The notes below the pieces were generated by a model. It was not told the DNA's origin. It did not search any database and was given only the letters and a program-made list of their open reading frames with translations. The position numbers were made by a program, and so were the translations under genes. Of a stretch of 64,000 nucleotides of DNA, positions 39,174 through 50,748 are shown in pieces. This stretch comes from Candidatus Sericytochromatia bacterium. Lineage in GTDB: Bacteria > Cyanobacteriota > Sericytochromatia > S15B-MN24 > JAQBPE01. Position 1 is the stretch's first letter. Each line of letters opens with the position of its first letter. Location: the NCBI GenBank assembly GCA_035285125.1, contig JAYKHR010000165.1, positions 32,001 through 96,000 of the forward strand, read 5' to 3'.

Positions 39174-39315
39174 CTTAAGCCACCATTAAAAGGGGGCCGC
39201 CGTGTTAAATAATTGTTTTGCGCGTTTAAATATCCAGCAACAACGCATTGAATTTAATGATTGCCACATCAACTGCCCCCCCGATGGACACCACCTTGTT
39301 AGCAAGCCGTTAACA
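39174..39315. promoter_or_regulatory. AT-rich regulatory island with 11-bp phased TTAA repeats
   Basis: CTTAAG/ATTAAA at 39174/39185; GTTAGCA/GTTAACA at 39298/39309. Confidence 0.5.
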
Positions 39316-39361
39316 AATATCGCAGCGGCGAAGGCCCCGGGCTCGGGGCCGGTCAGCAACG

Positions 39362-39391
39362 AGGAAGGCCCCGCACGCGGGTGCGGGGCCT
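39362..39391 (-). terminator. Hairpin terminator after the FxLYD-like lipoprotein gene
   Basis: 11-bp stem AGGCCCCGCAC/GTGCGGGGCCT; weak U-tract. Confidence 0.6.
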
Positions 39392-39414
39392 GACGGCGCG
39401 AGCTCGGTTGAGAG

Positions 39415-40035
39415 TCAGTACCGGCCTGGCACCGGATAGCTGGGCACACCCATCGCACCCATCGGGTAGCCGGCGGGGGCCCCGTAAGGGCTGCCGGAGG
39501 AGAAGGCACCAGCGGCCGGGGCTGCCGGAATCGTCTCGACCGTCACCTCGGCCTCGTCCATGTTGTTCTTGGTGGCCGTGATCTCGAAGGGCAGGCTCTG
39601 CCCTGGCGCGAGGGAGGCGATGACCTGGGTCTTGGTCTCCTCCGTCACGAAGGTCTTGGTGAAGAGGCCCTTGCGGTCCTTGAAGTCGATCTTCAGGGTC
39701 CCCGACAGCGGCGAGCTGCTCATGTTCACAACGGTGCCCTTGACCGTGAGCTTCTTGAAGATCAGGCCGGACTTGGTCTTTTCGACGCCGCTGACCACGA
39801 GGGAACCGACAGTCGGGCCCTGGTAGTTGGGGTTACCAGGCGCAACGGGCGGGGCCGGAGGCGGCGCGACGGGCTCCACAGGCGCCGTGGAAGGAGCGGG
39901 GGCGGAGGGCGCCGGCGCAGGGGGTTCCTCGGGGTCGGGCACGTTGGCAGGCATCCGGTTGCCGCACCCTGCGAGCAGGACGGCCAGCGCGATGCCGCCC
40001 AGCAGGGACATGCGGTTGAACTTGGCCTTGGACAT
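39415..40035 (-). CDS. Lipoprotein with Pro-rich linker, FxLYD-like domain and G/Y/P-rich tail
   Basis: LLAG-C lipobox; 'VKGTVVN.....LSG...IDFKD','LAPGQSLPF','DEAEVTVET'; GGAGGAG RBS. Confidence 0.75.
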   Translation of the reverse strand: MSKAKFNRMSLLGGIALAVLLAGCGNRMPANVPDPEEPPAPAPSAPAPSTAPVEPVAPPPAPPVAPGNPNYQGPTVGSLVVSGVEKTKSGLIFKKLTVKGTVVNMSSSPLSGTLKIDFKDRKGLFTKTFVTEETKTQVIASLAPGQSLPFEITATKNNMDEAEVTVETIPAAPAAGAFSSGSPYGAPAGYPMGAMGVPSYPVPGRY

Positions 40036-40206
40036 CGTGGGCTCCTCCCTGGCGTTCGACCCGAACGCGGCACGCACTTCGCAACGGTGGGTTCGAAGTT
40101 TTTATAGGGGGGAGTTCACAGTGCCTGAACGGCCTCCGGTTATCACCGGTTTAAGTTTGCAGAAATCCTGGGTGAACCTGGGGCCACCAGCGGCCCCAGC
40201 CCCGGT

Positions 40207-40374
40207 TCACGGGCCATAAAAGAAGGGGAAGAGTCCTGACACCACGAGGGCTGCGACCACCATCATCGCGATCGCCGCGGCGACCCAGTCGCGCTTGCGC
40301 GGCTTCCGACGCGGCGCCCTGGACGGATCAGGGGCCTGGGAGGGTCGCGGAGAAGGAACGTGTCGGCGTGCCAT
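40207..40374 (-). CDS. Small basic single-TM membrane protein (55 aa), probably leaderless
   Basis: MARRHVPSPRPSQAPDPSRAPRRKPRKRDWVAAAIAMMVVAALVVSGLFPFFYGP*; TGTTAGGAT 7 nt before the ATG. Confidence 0.65.
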   Translation of the reverse strand: MARRHVPSPRPSQAPDPSRAPRRKPRKRDWVAAAIAMMVVAALVVSGLFPFFYGP

Positions 40375-40398
40375 GTCTCAGATCCTAACACGCTGCCA

Positions 40399-41604
40399 TC
40401 AGGGGCGCGGAGACAAGAGCCACCGCAAGGATGGCTCGCCCGGCGCGGCCACCTCGGGGTCCAGGGCCAGGGCCTTCGTGTAGGCTTGGCGCGCGTCCGT
40501 GCGCTGCCCCAGGCGCAAGAGAGCCAGCGCCAGGTAGTAGTGCGCGGCCGGCAACCCGGGAAGGAGGCGCACCGCCGACGCCAGCTGCCGGCGCGCCTCC
40601 CGTGGCCGCCCGAGCCGCAGCAGCAGCACGCCCGCGTTGTACCGTGCCTCACCATAGTCACCGTCAATTGCCACCGCGTGCATGTAGGCCCGCAGCGCGC
40701 CTCGCGCGTCCCCCCCCGCTTCCAACAAGGACCCGAGGCCGTTGAGCGGGTTGGGGTTCGTGGGGTCGGCCGCCGCGGCCCGTTCGTAGCTCGCCCGGGC
40801 ACGCGGCGTGTCCCCCAGCGCGCGGTAGGCGTTGCCCATGTTGTTGGCCGCCCACGAGTCGTCAGGACGTAGGCTGAGCGCGCGTTCCAGCAGCGCCAGG
40901 GCCTCGCGGGGGCGGCCACCATCCAGGTGGTGGTTGGCGGCCTCCACGAGATCGCCCGGCGTCGCGAGGGGGGCCTCACCCACCCGCGCAAAGGCAGCCC
41001 GGGCGCCCTCCGCATCCCCCTCGGCAGCCAGGATTGCCCCGCGGCGCGCGTGGGCGGCCGCCCACCCGGGTCGGCGTGCGAGCAGCCCTTCCAAGCGTTC
41101 CAGGGCCTCCGTCGTGCGTCCGAGGCCGGCCTCGGCGGTGGCGATCAGCAGCACGAGCCGGTCGTCGGCTGGCCGGGCACCAGCCACCCAGGCCAGCTGG
41201 GAGAGCGCCGCCTCGTGGTGGCCCTGAGCGAGCAGGGTCGCGCCCAGCGCCAGGCGGGCCTCCGCGTCCTCCGGAGCCACGAGCACGGCGCGCACCAGGC
41301 GCTCGAGGGCCTGTGGCAGGGCCCTCGCAGCGATCGCCAGGCGGGCCCGCCCAGCCTCCCCTTGAAGCGACAAAGCCGTGTCGGGGCACAGAGGCCCGCC
41401 GGCGGCCGGCACAAGGTGGGCCGGCACCAGTCCGTAGGGGTCGTTCCCACACGTTGCCGCGCCGGGCAGCGAGGACGCGACCACCAGCGCCCCCGCCAAC
41501 CCCACCCGCAGCAAGCCCCGCCCCACGTCCACCAATGTCTCCCCGCTCGGGCCTTCCCGGCCCAGGGCCGCGGTTGTGTCTGGCACAGACGACGGCCCCG
41601 CCAT
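40399..41604 (-). CDS. Exported TPR protein
   Basis: Hydrophobic N-region; TPRs 'NNMGNAYRALG','YNAGVLLLRLG','AHYYLALAL'; start uncertain. Confidence 0.75.
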   Translation of the reverse strand: MAGPSSVPDTTAALGREGPSGETLVDVGRGLLRVGLAGALVVASSLPGAATCGNDPYGLVPAHLVPAAGGPLCPDTALSLQGEAGRARLAIAARALPQALERLVRAVLVAPEDAEARLALGATLLAQGHHEAALSQLAWVAGARPADDRLVLLIATAEAGLGRTTEALERLEGLLARRPGWAAAHARRGAILAAEGDAEGARAAFARVGEAPLATPGDLVEAANHHLDGGRPREALALLERALSLRPDDSWAANNMGNAYRALGDTPRARASYERAAAADPTNPNPLNGLGSLLEAGGDARGALRAYMHAVAIDGDYGEARYNAGVLLLRLGRPREARRQLASAVRLLPGLPAAHYYLALALLRLGQRTDARQAYTKALALDPEVAAPGEPSLRWLLSPRP

Positions 41605-41620
41605 GTGGTCCCATGTAAGC

Positions 41621-42739
41621 ATGGCCCTGAACCTCGCGCTCACCGTCGGCAGCTTCCACCGCGCAGGCGGCATTGAACGCGTCTCGGTACGGCTCGCCGA
41701 GGCGTACGCGGCGCGCGGCCACGCCATCACGGTGTACGCCTGCGAGTGGGACCCGATGCTGGAGGACCGCTTCGAGTTCGTGCGCGTGGCAGCCCCCACC
41801 CGCCCGGCCTGGCTTCACACCCTGGCGCTCGGGGCCGCGACGGCCCGCCGGCTGAGGCGCCACGACTGGGTTCACGGCCAGGGGGCCAGCACCTTGCGGT
41901 GCGATCTGCTGACCTACCACACGGTCCACGCGGCCTGGCTGGAGATCTCGGCCGGGCTGGCAGAGCAGCCGGCCTGGATGGGCCGAGCCAAGCGCCTGTG
42001 GCCGTTCCACCGCGCCACGATCGCCGTGGAGCGCCGCCAGGCCCGCACGCACGCCGGCCGGTTCCACACCTGCTCGCGGGCCGTGCGCGACGAGGCCATC
42101 AGGCACTACGGGATCCCGCCAGAGCGGATCGCCGCGATCCCCTGGGGCATCGACCTGGCTGAGTTCCAACCTTCGGCGGCCGCCCGCGTCGAGCGGCGGG
42201 AGGCCTGGGGCCTGGATGGCGGCCCCGTGCTGGTGATGGTCGCCAACGAGCTCCACCGCAAGGGGCTGGCGCCGCTGCTGCACGCGCTGGCCCTGCTGGG
42301 CCGCGGCGACGTCACGCTGCTGGTGGCAGGCCGGGCCGACGCCCGCCCCTGGCGCCGGCTGGTGGAGCACCTCGGCCTCACCCGGCAGGTGAGGTTCCTC
42401 GGCTCCCAGCCGGCCGCTGCCTGCTACCAGGCGGCCGACGCCTTCGTCATGCCGACGCTGTACGAGGGCTGGTCGCTGGTGATCGGGGAGGCCCTCGCCT
42501 GCGGCCTCCCCGTCGTGACCTCGCACGCGGCGGGCTCCTCGGACCTGGTGCGGCCGGGCGAGAACGGGCTGCTGCTCGCGGAACCGCGCGACGCGGCGGC
42601 GATCGCGCAGGCCCTCGGCCAGGTGCTGGACCCGCAGGTAGGCCCCCGCATGGCGGCTGCCGCCCGCCCCAGCGTCGCCGACGCCTCCTGGGAGGCTGTG
42701 GCCGATCGGCTGCTGGCCTGGGGCCTTGCGGAGGGCTGA
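41621..42739 (+). CDS. GT4 glycosyltransferase (WaaG-like)
   Basis: 'GGIER','RKGL','YQAADAFVMPTLYEGW.LV..EALACGLPVV'. Confidence 0.9.
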   Translation: MALNLALTVGSFHRAGGIERVSVRLAEAYAARGHAITVYACEWDPMLEDRFEFVRVAAPTRPAWLHTLALGAATARRLRRHDWVHGQGASTLRCDLLTYHTVHAAWLEISAGLAEQPAWMGRAKRLWPFHRATIAVERRQARTHAGRFHTCSRAVRDEAIRHYGIPPERIAAIPWGIDLAEFQPSAAARVERREAWGLDGGPVLVMVANELHRKGLAPLLHALALLGRGDVTLLVAGRADARPWRRLVEHLGLTRQVRFLGSQPAAACYQAADAFVMPTLYEGWSLVIGEALACGLPVVTSHAAGSSDLVRPGENGLLLAEPRDAAAIAQALGQVLDPQVGPRMAAAARPSVADASWEAVADRLLAWGLAEG

Positions 42740-42894
42740 AGCCCCGCCGACGGGGCGCTGGGTCGGCCGCTGGCCTGGGGCCGGGCCGGGGGCCGAAGCC
42801 GCCGGGAGGCGGTCGCTGGTTGGCTGCTCGTCCGTGGGCCGACGGGCGGAGGGCGGGGCCTGTCCGAAGGGCTGGAACCGAGCATCCGCGCGCC

Positions 42895-44041
<1,147 letters not shown>

Positions 44042-44104
44042 CCCACCTGCCCGGGGGGGCCCGACCGGGCCCTTCCGGCTTTTCTTTTAGCCCAGGAGCA
44101 CCTC

Positions 44105-45316
44105 ATGACCACCACCACGCTGCGCAAGCGCTCGATCGCCGACTGGACCACCGCCGACCTCCACGGTCGGCGCGTGCTGGTTCGCGAGGACCTCAACGTG
44201 CCCATGGAGCAGGGTCGCATCAGCGACGACACCCGCATCCGGGCCGCCGTGCCGACCATCGCGGACCTCTGCGCCAAGGGCGCTCGCGTGGTGGTGGTGT
44301 CTCACCTGGGCCGGCCCAAGGGCGTCGACGACAAGCTGCGGCTCGACGCCGTGGGCGCCCGCTTGGCCGAACTCCTCGGGCAGCCCGTGGCGAAGGCGGC
44401 CGACACCATCGGCCCTGACGCGCAGGCCAAGATCGCCGCGGCCGGGCCGGGCAGCGTGGTCCTGCTCGAGAACGTGCGCTTCCACCCCGAAGAGGAAAAG
44501 AACGATCCGGCCTTCGCGCAGGCGCTCGCGGCCCTCGCCGACTACTACGTGAACGATGCCTTCGGCACCGCCCACCGGGCCCACGCCAGCACGGCCGGCG
44601 TCGCGGCCCACCTGCCGGCCGCGGCGGGCTTCTTGCTCCAGAAGGAGATCGAGGTGATGGGCCAGGCGCTGTCGGCCCCGGCCAGGCCCCTCGTGGCGGT
44701 GATCGGCGGCTCGAAGGTCAGCACCAAGATCGGCGTGCTCGACCACCTGCTCGGCAAGGTGGACGCCCTCGTCATCGGCGGCGCGATGGCCTTCACGTTC
44801 CTGCGGGCCCAGGGCCACGGCACGGGCAAGAGCCTCGTCGAGGATGACCAGCTGGCCGTGGCGCAGCGCGTGATGTCGCTCGCCCACGAGATGAAAGCCA
44901 CGATCGTGCTGCCCCTCGACGTGGTCGTGGCCCCCGCCATCGACGCGCCTGAGGCCTTTGCCACCGTCCCCGTGACCGAGATCCCCGACGGCCAGATCGG
45001 CGTCGACGTGGGCCCGCGCACCATCGCCCGCGTCGCGGAGGTGCTCGCCACGGCCGGCACCGTCATCTGGAATGGTCCAATGGGCGTCTTCGAGAACCCT
45101 GCCTTCGCGGCAGGCACCGAGGCCGTCGCCCGCGCCTGCGCGGCTGCGACCGAGCGGGGCGCCATCACCATCGTCGGTGGCGGAGACTCCGTCGCCGCCG
45201 TCGAGGGCCTCGGGCTCGCTGGCGCCATGACCCACGTGTCGACCGGAGGGGGCGCCAGCCTGGAGTTCCTGGAAGGCAGGACCCTCCCGGGCGTGGCAGC
45301 CCTCGCGGACCGCTGA
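44105..45316 (+). CDS. pgk: Phosphoglycerate kinase
   Basis: [48 protein letters not shown]. Confidence 0.98.
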   Translation: MTTTTLRKRSIADWTTADLHGRRVLVREDLNVPMEQGRISDDTRIRAAVPTIADLCAKGARVVVVSHLGRPKGVDDKLRLDAVGARLAELLGQPVAKAADTIGPDAQAKIAAAGPGSVVLLENVRFHPEEEKNDPAFAQALAALADYYVNDAFGTAHRAHASTAGVAAHLPAAAGFLLQKEIEVMGQALSAPARPLVAVIGGSKVSTKIGVLDHLLGKVDALVIGGAMAFTFLRAQGHGTGKSLVEDDQLAVAQRVMSLAHEMKATIVLPLDVVVAPAIDAPEAFATVPVTEIPDGQIGVDVGPRTIARVAEVLATAGTVIWNGPMGVFENPAFAAGTEAVARACAAATERGAITIVGGGDSVAAVEGLGLAGAMTHVSTGGGASLEFLEGRTLPGVAALADR

Positions 45317-45379
45317 CCCTCGTTTCCCAGCCGGCGGCCTCGCGGCTCGCGAGCGCCCCATCGCAGAAAGAGACCCGCC

Positions 45380-46141
45380 ATGATCGCTCGCCGCCCCGTG
45401 ATTGCCGGCAACTGGAAGATGCACAAGACCGTGGGCGAGGCCCGCTCGCTCGCCCGCGGCCTCGCCGAGCTGGTCGGCGGGCTAGGCGAGGCCGGCCCCG
45501 AGGTCGTGCTGTGCCCCCCCTTCACGGCGCTGGCCGCCGTGAAGGAGGCGATCGCGGGCACGGGGCTCAAGCTCGGGGCCCAGACCATGGACTGGCACGA
45601 GAAGGGGGCCTACACCGGCGAGGTGGCCCCCGCCATGCTGGTGGACCTCGGCGTCACGCACGTGATCCTCGGGCACTCGGAGCGCCGGCAGCTGTTCGGC
45701 GAGACGGACGAGGGGGTCTGCCGCAAGGTCGAGGCCGCGCTGCGCCACGGGCTCGTGCCCATCATCTGCGTGGGCGAGACCCTCGAGGAGCGGGAAGGCG
45801 GGCTCACGGACAACGTGGTGATCGTGCAGGTGCAGCGCGCGCTGCACGGCCGGACGCCAGCCGAGGTCGCGCAGGTGGTCTTCGCGTACGAGCCCGTGTG
45901 GGCGATCGGCACGGGCAAGACCTGCGAGTCGGCCGAGGCCGACCGCGTGTGCGGCGTCATCCGGGACACCATTGGGCGCCTGACGGACGCGACGACGGCC
46001 GAGGCCGTGCGCATCCAGTACGGCGGCAGCGTGAAGCCCGACACCATCGCCGAACAGATGGCGCAGCCCCACATCGACGGGGCCCTCGTGGGAGGCGCCA
46101 GCCTGGAAGCCGCCTCGTTCGCGGCCATCGTCCGGTTCTGA
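45380..46141 (+). CDS. tpiA: Triosephosphate isomerase
   Basis: [35 protein letters not shown]. Confidence 0.98.
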   Translation: MIARRPVIAGNWKMHKTVGEARSLARGLAELVGGLGEAGPEVVLCPPFTALAAVKEAIAGTGLKLGAQTMDWHEKGAYTGEVAPAMLVDLGVTHVILGHSERRQLFGETDEGVCRKVEAALRHGLVPIICVGETLEEREGGLTDNVVIVQVQRALHGRTPAEVAQVVFAYEPVWAIGTGKTCESAEADRVCGVIRDTIGRLTDATTAEAVRIQYGGSVKPDTIAEQMAQPHIDGALVGGASLEAASFAAIVRF

Positions 46142-46151
46142 GGGAGGCCCC

Positions 46152-47666
46152 GTGACGCGCCCTGTTGCCCTGATCATCTGCGACGGCTGGGGCATCAACC
46201 CCCGCCGGGAGGCCAACGCGATCGCGATGGCCCACACGCCCCACTTCGACGAGCTGGCCTCGCGCTGGCCTCACACGGCGCTCCACACCTCCGGGCTGGC
46301 CGTCGGGCTGCCCGAGGGGCAGATGGGGAACTCGGAGGTCGGCCACATGAACATGGGGGCCGGCCGGATCGTGTACCAGGAACTCACCCGCATCGACGAG
46401 GAGATCCGCCAGGGGCGCCTGCAGGCCAACGAGGTGCTGGTGGCCGCCATGGAGGCCGCCAAGGCGGGCTCGGGCACGCTGCACCTGATGGGCCTGCTGT
46501 CCGATGGCGGGGTGCACAGCTCGCTCGACCACGCCCTGGCCCTGCTGCGCATGGCGAAGGAACGGGGCGTGCCGAGGACCTTCGTGCACGCCTTCCTGGA
46601 CGGCCGGGACGTGCCTCCGCGCAGCGCGCAGGGCTACCTCGCCCGCACGGAGGCTGAGATGCAGGCCCTGGGATACGGCCGCGTGGCGACGGTGTCGGGC
46701 CGCTACTACGTCATGGACCGCGACCAGAACTGGGACCGCGTAGAGCCAGCCTACAGGGCCCTCGCCGAAGGGCTGGGCCCGCGGGCCGAGTCGGCCGCCG
46801 AGGCGCTGGCCGCCAGCTACGAGGCAGACGTGTCGGACGAGTTCTTCAAGCCCGTGGTGCTGGATCCGGCGGGCACGATGCGCGATGGCGACGCCGTGAT
46901 CTTCTTCAACTTCCGCCCCGATCGCGCGCGCCAGATCACCCGCGCGCTGACGGACCCGGCCTTCACGGCCTTCGAGCGGCCGCAGTTCCCCAGGCTGCAC
47001 TACGCCTGCCTGACGCAGTACGACGGCCGCCTCCCGCTGCCGGTGGCCTACAAGCCCCAGGCCCTGTCGGACAACCTGGCCGAGGTGCTCGCGGCCCGCG
47101 GCTTGCGGCAGTACCACACGGCCGAGACCGAGAAGTATGCCCACGTCACGTTCTTCTTCAACTGCGGCCGTGAGGCGCCTTATGAGGGCGAGGAGCGGCT
47201 GCTGGTGGCGTCTCCCAAAATCGCCACGTACGACTTGCAGCCCGAGATGTCAGCCCCTGCGGTGGCCCAGGCAGCTGCCGAGGCTGCGGGCCAGACCGAT
47301 TTCCTGGTGGTGAACTTCGCCAACGCGGACATGGTGGGGCACACGGGCAACATGGACGCCACCGTGAAGGCGATCGAGGCGGTTGATGCCGCCGTGGGGC
47401 GCGTCGTGCAGGCCGTGCTCGCGGCTGGCGGCGTCGCCCTCGTGACGGCCGATCACGGCAACGCCGAGCAGATGGTCGACTACGCGACCGGCCAACCCCA
47501 CACGGCTCACACCACCAACCCCGTGCCCCTTTACATGGCCGGGCTCGGCGCCGCGCTGCGCGAGGACGGGGTGCTCGCGGACGTCGCCCCCACGGTCCTG
47601 GATCTGCTCGGACAGGGCGTGCCGGGTGCCATGACGGCGCGCTCCCTGCTGCGGGGCGGGGCCTGA
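46152..47666 (+). CDS. gpmI: 2,3-BPG-independent phosphoglycerate mutase
   Basis: DGWG, GQMGNSEVGH, DGRD, NFRPDRARQ, AETEKYAHVTFF, NADMVGHTG, TADHGN. Confidence 0.97.
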   Translation: MTRPVALIICDGWGINPRREANAIAMAHTPHFDELASRWPHTALHTSGLAVGLPEGQMGNSEVGHMNMGAGRIVYQELTRIDEEIRQGRLQANEVLVAAMEAAKAGSGTLHLMGLLSDGGVHSSLDHALALLRMAKERGVPRTFVHAFLDGRDVPPRSAQGYLARTEAEMQALGYGRVATVSGRYYVMDRDQNWDRVEPAYRALAEGLGPRAESAAEALAASYEADVSDEFFKPVVLDPAGTMRDGDAVIFFNFRPDRARQITRALTDPAFTAFERPQFPRLHYACLTQYDGRLPLPVAYKPQALSDNLAEVLAARGLRQYHTAETEKYAHVTFFFNCGREAPYEGEERLLVASPKIATYDLQPEMSAPAVAQAAAEAAGQTDFLVVNFANADMVGHTGNMDATVKAIEAVDAAVGRVVQAVLAAGGVALVTADHGNAEQMVDYATGQPHTAHTTNPVPLYMAGLGAALREDGVLADVAPTVLDLLGQGVPGAMTARSLLRGGA

Positions 47667-47796
47667 GGGCGAATTTACCTCACCTTAACTTGCTCGCTGC
47701 AACTTTTGCCCGTTTTCGGGTTCAATAGGGGGGTGGACCCCGGCCGGCAGACCCCTCGCACGACGCGCGCCCCGGGCCCCGCCCCTGGAGGAATCG

Positions 47797-48750
47797 ATGG
47801 AAACCAAGACCTCGCTCACGACCGCGCAGGCGCAAGCCCTCGTTCAAGTGGCCACCAACCTCAACCTGACGGTGGCCTGGGACTACAACCAACAAAACCT
47901 CAAGAGCCTGCTCGAGCAACACCTGAAGGACGTCGAACTCGGCCTCTGGTGGCCCCAACCCGAGGGCTTCATGGCCGTGACGGACGGGGCGGCTGGCCGC
48001 TTCGGCGCCTTTGTCGACGCCAACCAAGTCGAACTCGTGCAGCAGGACACCTCCCTCCGGGCCGTCCCCAACGTGGACGGCGCGCTCATGGCGGGCATCG
48101 TCAGCAACAGGCAGACCTTCGGCGTGGCCCTCATCAGCAGCAAGTCCGAAGACCTCTCCGAGGCGACGCTGCGGACCATCCTGCCACAGATGGGCCTGGC
48201 TCGGCTCGCGACGGCGCTGTCCGAAGAGGTCGCGAAGCGCACTTCCACTGACAAGATCACGGGCCTCTGGAACCGCCAGTACTTCAACGAGCGCTTCCGT
48301 GAGGAGTGCGAGCGGCTTGTGCGCTCCAAGGAGACCGGCTCCGTGGCGATCATCGGCCTGGACAACTTCGGCGCTCTGTCCCGGACGATGCCCGCCGACG
48401 AGGTCAACCACCTGTTCTCCCTCGTGGGGCAGACGGTCCGGAACGTCATCCGGCAGACGGACTGGGCCGTTCGTTGGGACACCAATGAGCTCCTGTTCTA
48501 CTTCCCCTCAACGCCTGCGGAGGCCTCGCTGGAGGTCCTCAAGCGCTTCGGCAAGCGCCTGATTGGCTCCCACGCGATCCTCGAGCCGCTGGTGGGCCTT
48601 TCCAGCACCGTCGAGACGACCTCCCCCCGCGCGCTGATCCAGCTCGCGACGCGTCGCCTCGACCTGGCCCGCAAGGACGGTCACCGGCGCGTCATCTGCT
48701 ACGCGACGCCCGCGCACGGCCTGCAGTTCTGGCGCGGCGACGAGAAGTGA
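47797..48750 (+). CDS. Degenerate GGDEF-domain protein
   Basis: 'TDKITGLWNRQYF','LDNF', 'RQTD' I-site, GGDEF replaced by DTNEL. Confidence 0.75.
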   Translation: METKTSLTTAQAQALVQVATNLNLTVAWDYNQQNLKSLLEQHLKDVELGLWWPQPEGFMAVTDGAAGRFGAFVDANQVELVQQDTSLRAVPNVDGALMAGIVSNRQTFGVALISSKSEDLSEATLRTILPQMGLARLATALSEEVAKRTSTDKITGLWNRQYFNERFREECERLVRSKETGSVAIIGLDNFGALSRTMPADEVNHLFSLVGQTVRNVIRQTDWAVRWDTNELLFYFPSTPAEASLEVLKRFGKRLIGSHAILEPLVGLSSTVETTSPRALIQLATRRLDLARKDGHRRVICYATPAHGLQFWRGDEK

Positions 48751-48760
48751 ACGGCTGACC

Positions 48761-49756
48761 GTGACCCGCCAACACCCCGCCGGCCTGGCGGGGTTTTTTG
48801 GTCATCCCCACGTGGCCCGACGGCTCCAGGCAGCCCTGGAGCGCCCGTCTCACGCTTACATGTTCACGGGCCCGGAGGGCGTGGGCAAGGGGAAAGCGGC
48901 CCGGGCCTTTGCGCAGGGCCTGCTGTGCGCCTCGCGTCAGCCGGGTGCGGACGCTTGCGGCGCCTGCTCCCCGTGTCGAGGCATTGCCGGCGAGGGGCAC
49001 CCGGACGCCCGCATCTGGGACCTGCCCGAGGGCGAGAAGACCTTCAAGGTCGAGCGGGTGCGCGAGCTCATCACGGCCGTGGGCCGCAAGCCGTTCTCCG
49101 CCCCGCGCCAGGTGCACATCCTCGCGGCCTTCGATGCCGTCCAGCTGGTGGGCGCCAACGCCCTGCTCAAGACCCTGGAGGAGCCCCCCCCGACCAGCAC
49201 GCTCATACTGCTGGCGCGAGACCTCGACGCCGTGTTGCCGACCCTGGTCTCGCGCTGCCAGGTCATCCGGTTCGGGCTGACGCCGCCGCCGGCGATCGCC
49301 GAGGTGCTCACGACCCGCCTGGGGCAGCCCCCCGAACGAGCCCTGGCCATCGCCCGCAGCGCCGAAGGGCGACTGGGCCGGGCCATCACGCGAGCCGAGG
49401 CCGGCATCGTCCCCGAGCTGCCCAGCGCCGCCTGGCCGAACCCTGGCGCCATCCACGCCTTCACCGACGGCCTGGCGGGCAAACCGACCGACACCCAGGC
49501 CGCGGCGCTAGACGCCCTGCTGCTCTGGACCGCTGACCTGGCGCGGCTCGCGGCGGACCCCACGGCGCCCGGGGAGGCCCTGCACCACCCCGAGCAGCGC
49601 GAGGCCCTGTGGCGGCAGGCCTGCCAGGCCCCCGTGGCGACATGGCTCGGGCTGGCCGAGCGCATCGAGGCTGCGCGCGACGCCCTCGCCCGCAGCGCCA
49701 ACGCCCGGCTCGTGCTGGATCAGCTCGCGCGCGCGCTGGCGCCCCTCGGGGCGTGA
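48761..49756 (+). CDS. holB: DNA polymerase III delta' subunit
   Basis: SHAYMFTGPEGVGK, C..CGAC..C, HPD, ANALLKTLEEPP, LPTLVSRCQ. Confidence 0.92.
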   Translation: MTRQHPAGLAGFFGHPHVARRLQAALERPSHAYMFTGPEGVGKGKAARAFAQGLLCASRQPGADACGACSPCRGIAGEGHPDARIWDLPEGEKTFKVERVRELITAVGRKPFSAPRQVHILAAFDAVQLVGANALLKTLEEPPPTSTLILLARDLDAVLPTLVSRCQVIRFGLTPPPAIAEVLTTRLGQPPERALAIARSAEGRLGRAITRAEAGIVPELPSAAWPNPGAIHAFTDGLAGKPTDTQAAALDALLLWTADLARLAADPTAPGEALHHPEQREALWRQACQAPVATWLGLAERIEAARDALARSANARLVLDQLARALAPLGA

Positions 49757-49877
49757 GGCGTCGAACGCGTGTAGCCCTCCCCTCGTTCGGGAATGTTGCT
49801 ACGGGCGGCGCAGCCGCCCCAAGACCGTGTGTGCTTGGCGCCGTGCGCCACTCTACCCCCTAGATACGAGGCATCCC

Positions 49878-50717
49878 TTGGCCCGGCAGGCCATTCGTTA
49901 CCGCCCAGGCGAGCTGCGGCTGCTCGACGACGCCCCTGAAGGGCTTTCCCCCCGCACCCCCGTGGTGTTCGAGGTTGATGGCGGGCTCGATTGCCGGCCT
50001 ATCACCGTGATGGCCAATGCCGTGGTGGCGGCCTATGGCGACCTGGGGTCGGCCCGCTTCGTGCGCCTGGCCACCGAGGCGGACCTCGCGCAGCTCGAGG
50101 CCAAGACGTCGGAGGAAACGCGGGCCCACGCGGTCTGCCTGGAGCGGATCGCGGGCCACGGGCTGCCGATGAAGCTGGTGGATGCCCTCTACACGTTGGA
50201 CTATGGCCGGCTCACGTTCCTGTACACGGCCGAGGGCCGGGTGGACTTCCGGGACCTCCTGCGCGACCTGACGAACCAGTTCAAGCGCACCCGCATCCTC
50301 TTGCGCCAGATCGGCGTGCGCGACGAGGCCCGCCACCTCTCGGGCGTCGGCCCGTGCGGCAAGGAGCTCTGCTGCTCGACCTTCATCCGCGAGTTCATGC
50401 CGATCAACATCAAGCTCGCCAAGGACCAGGATCTGTCGCTGAACCCCGGCAAGCTGTCGGGGGCCTGTGGTCGCCTGAAGTGCTGCCTGAGCTATGAGGT
50501 GGAGGCCTACCGGGCCGCCAAGAAGGAGCTACACCGGCCCGGCACCAGGGTCTTCTGTGCCGGCGGCGAGGGGCGGGTGCTGGAGGTCCAGGCGGCGCAC
50601 GAGCGGGCCCTGGTCGAGCTGGCCGACGGCACGGTGGTGGTGCTGCGCGCCGATGAAATGAACCCGCTGGCGCCGCACCGCCCTGACGCGCCGCCGGAGG
50701 CGCCAGCGCCCGCGTGA
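49878..50717 (+). CDS. ricT: PSP1/RicT (YaaT) family Fe-S protein
   Basis: 'MKLV','RVDFRDL','RQIGVRDEA','GPCGKELCCS','AKDQ.LSLNP.K.SG.CGRLKCCL.YE'; start uncertain. Confidence 0.9.
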   Translation: MARQAIRYRPGELRLLDDAPEGLSPRTPVVFEVDGGLDCRPITVMANAVVAAYGDLGSARFVRLATEADLAQLEAKTSEETRAHAVCLERIAGHGLPMKLVDALYTLDYGRLTFLYTAEGRVDFRDLLRDLTNQFKRTRILLRQIGVRDEARHLSGVGPCGKELCCSTFIREFMPINIKLAKDQDLSLNPGKLSGACGRLKCCLSYEVEAYRAAKKELHRPGTRVFCAGGEGRVLEVQAAHERALVELADGTVVVLRADEMNPLAPHRPDAPPEAPAPA

Positions 50718-50748
50718 TATACTGGCGGCGTCGCCAACCTGCCACCCG

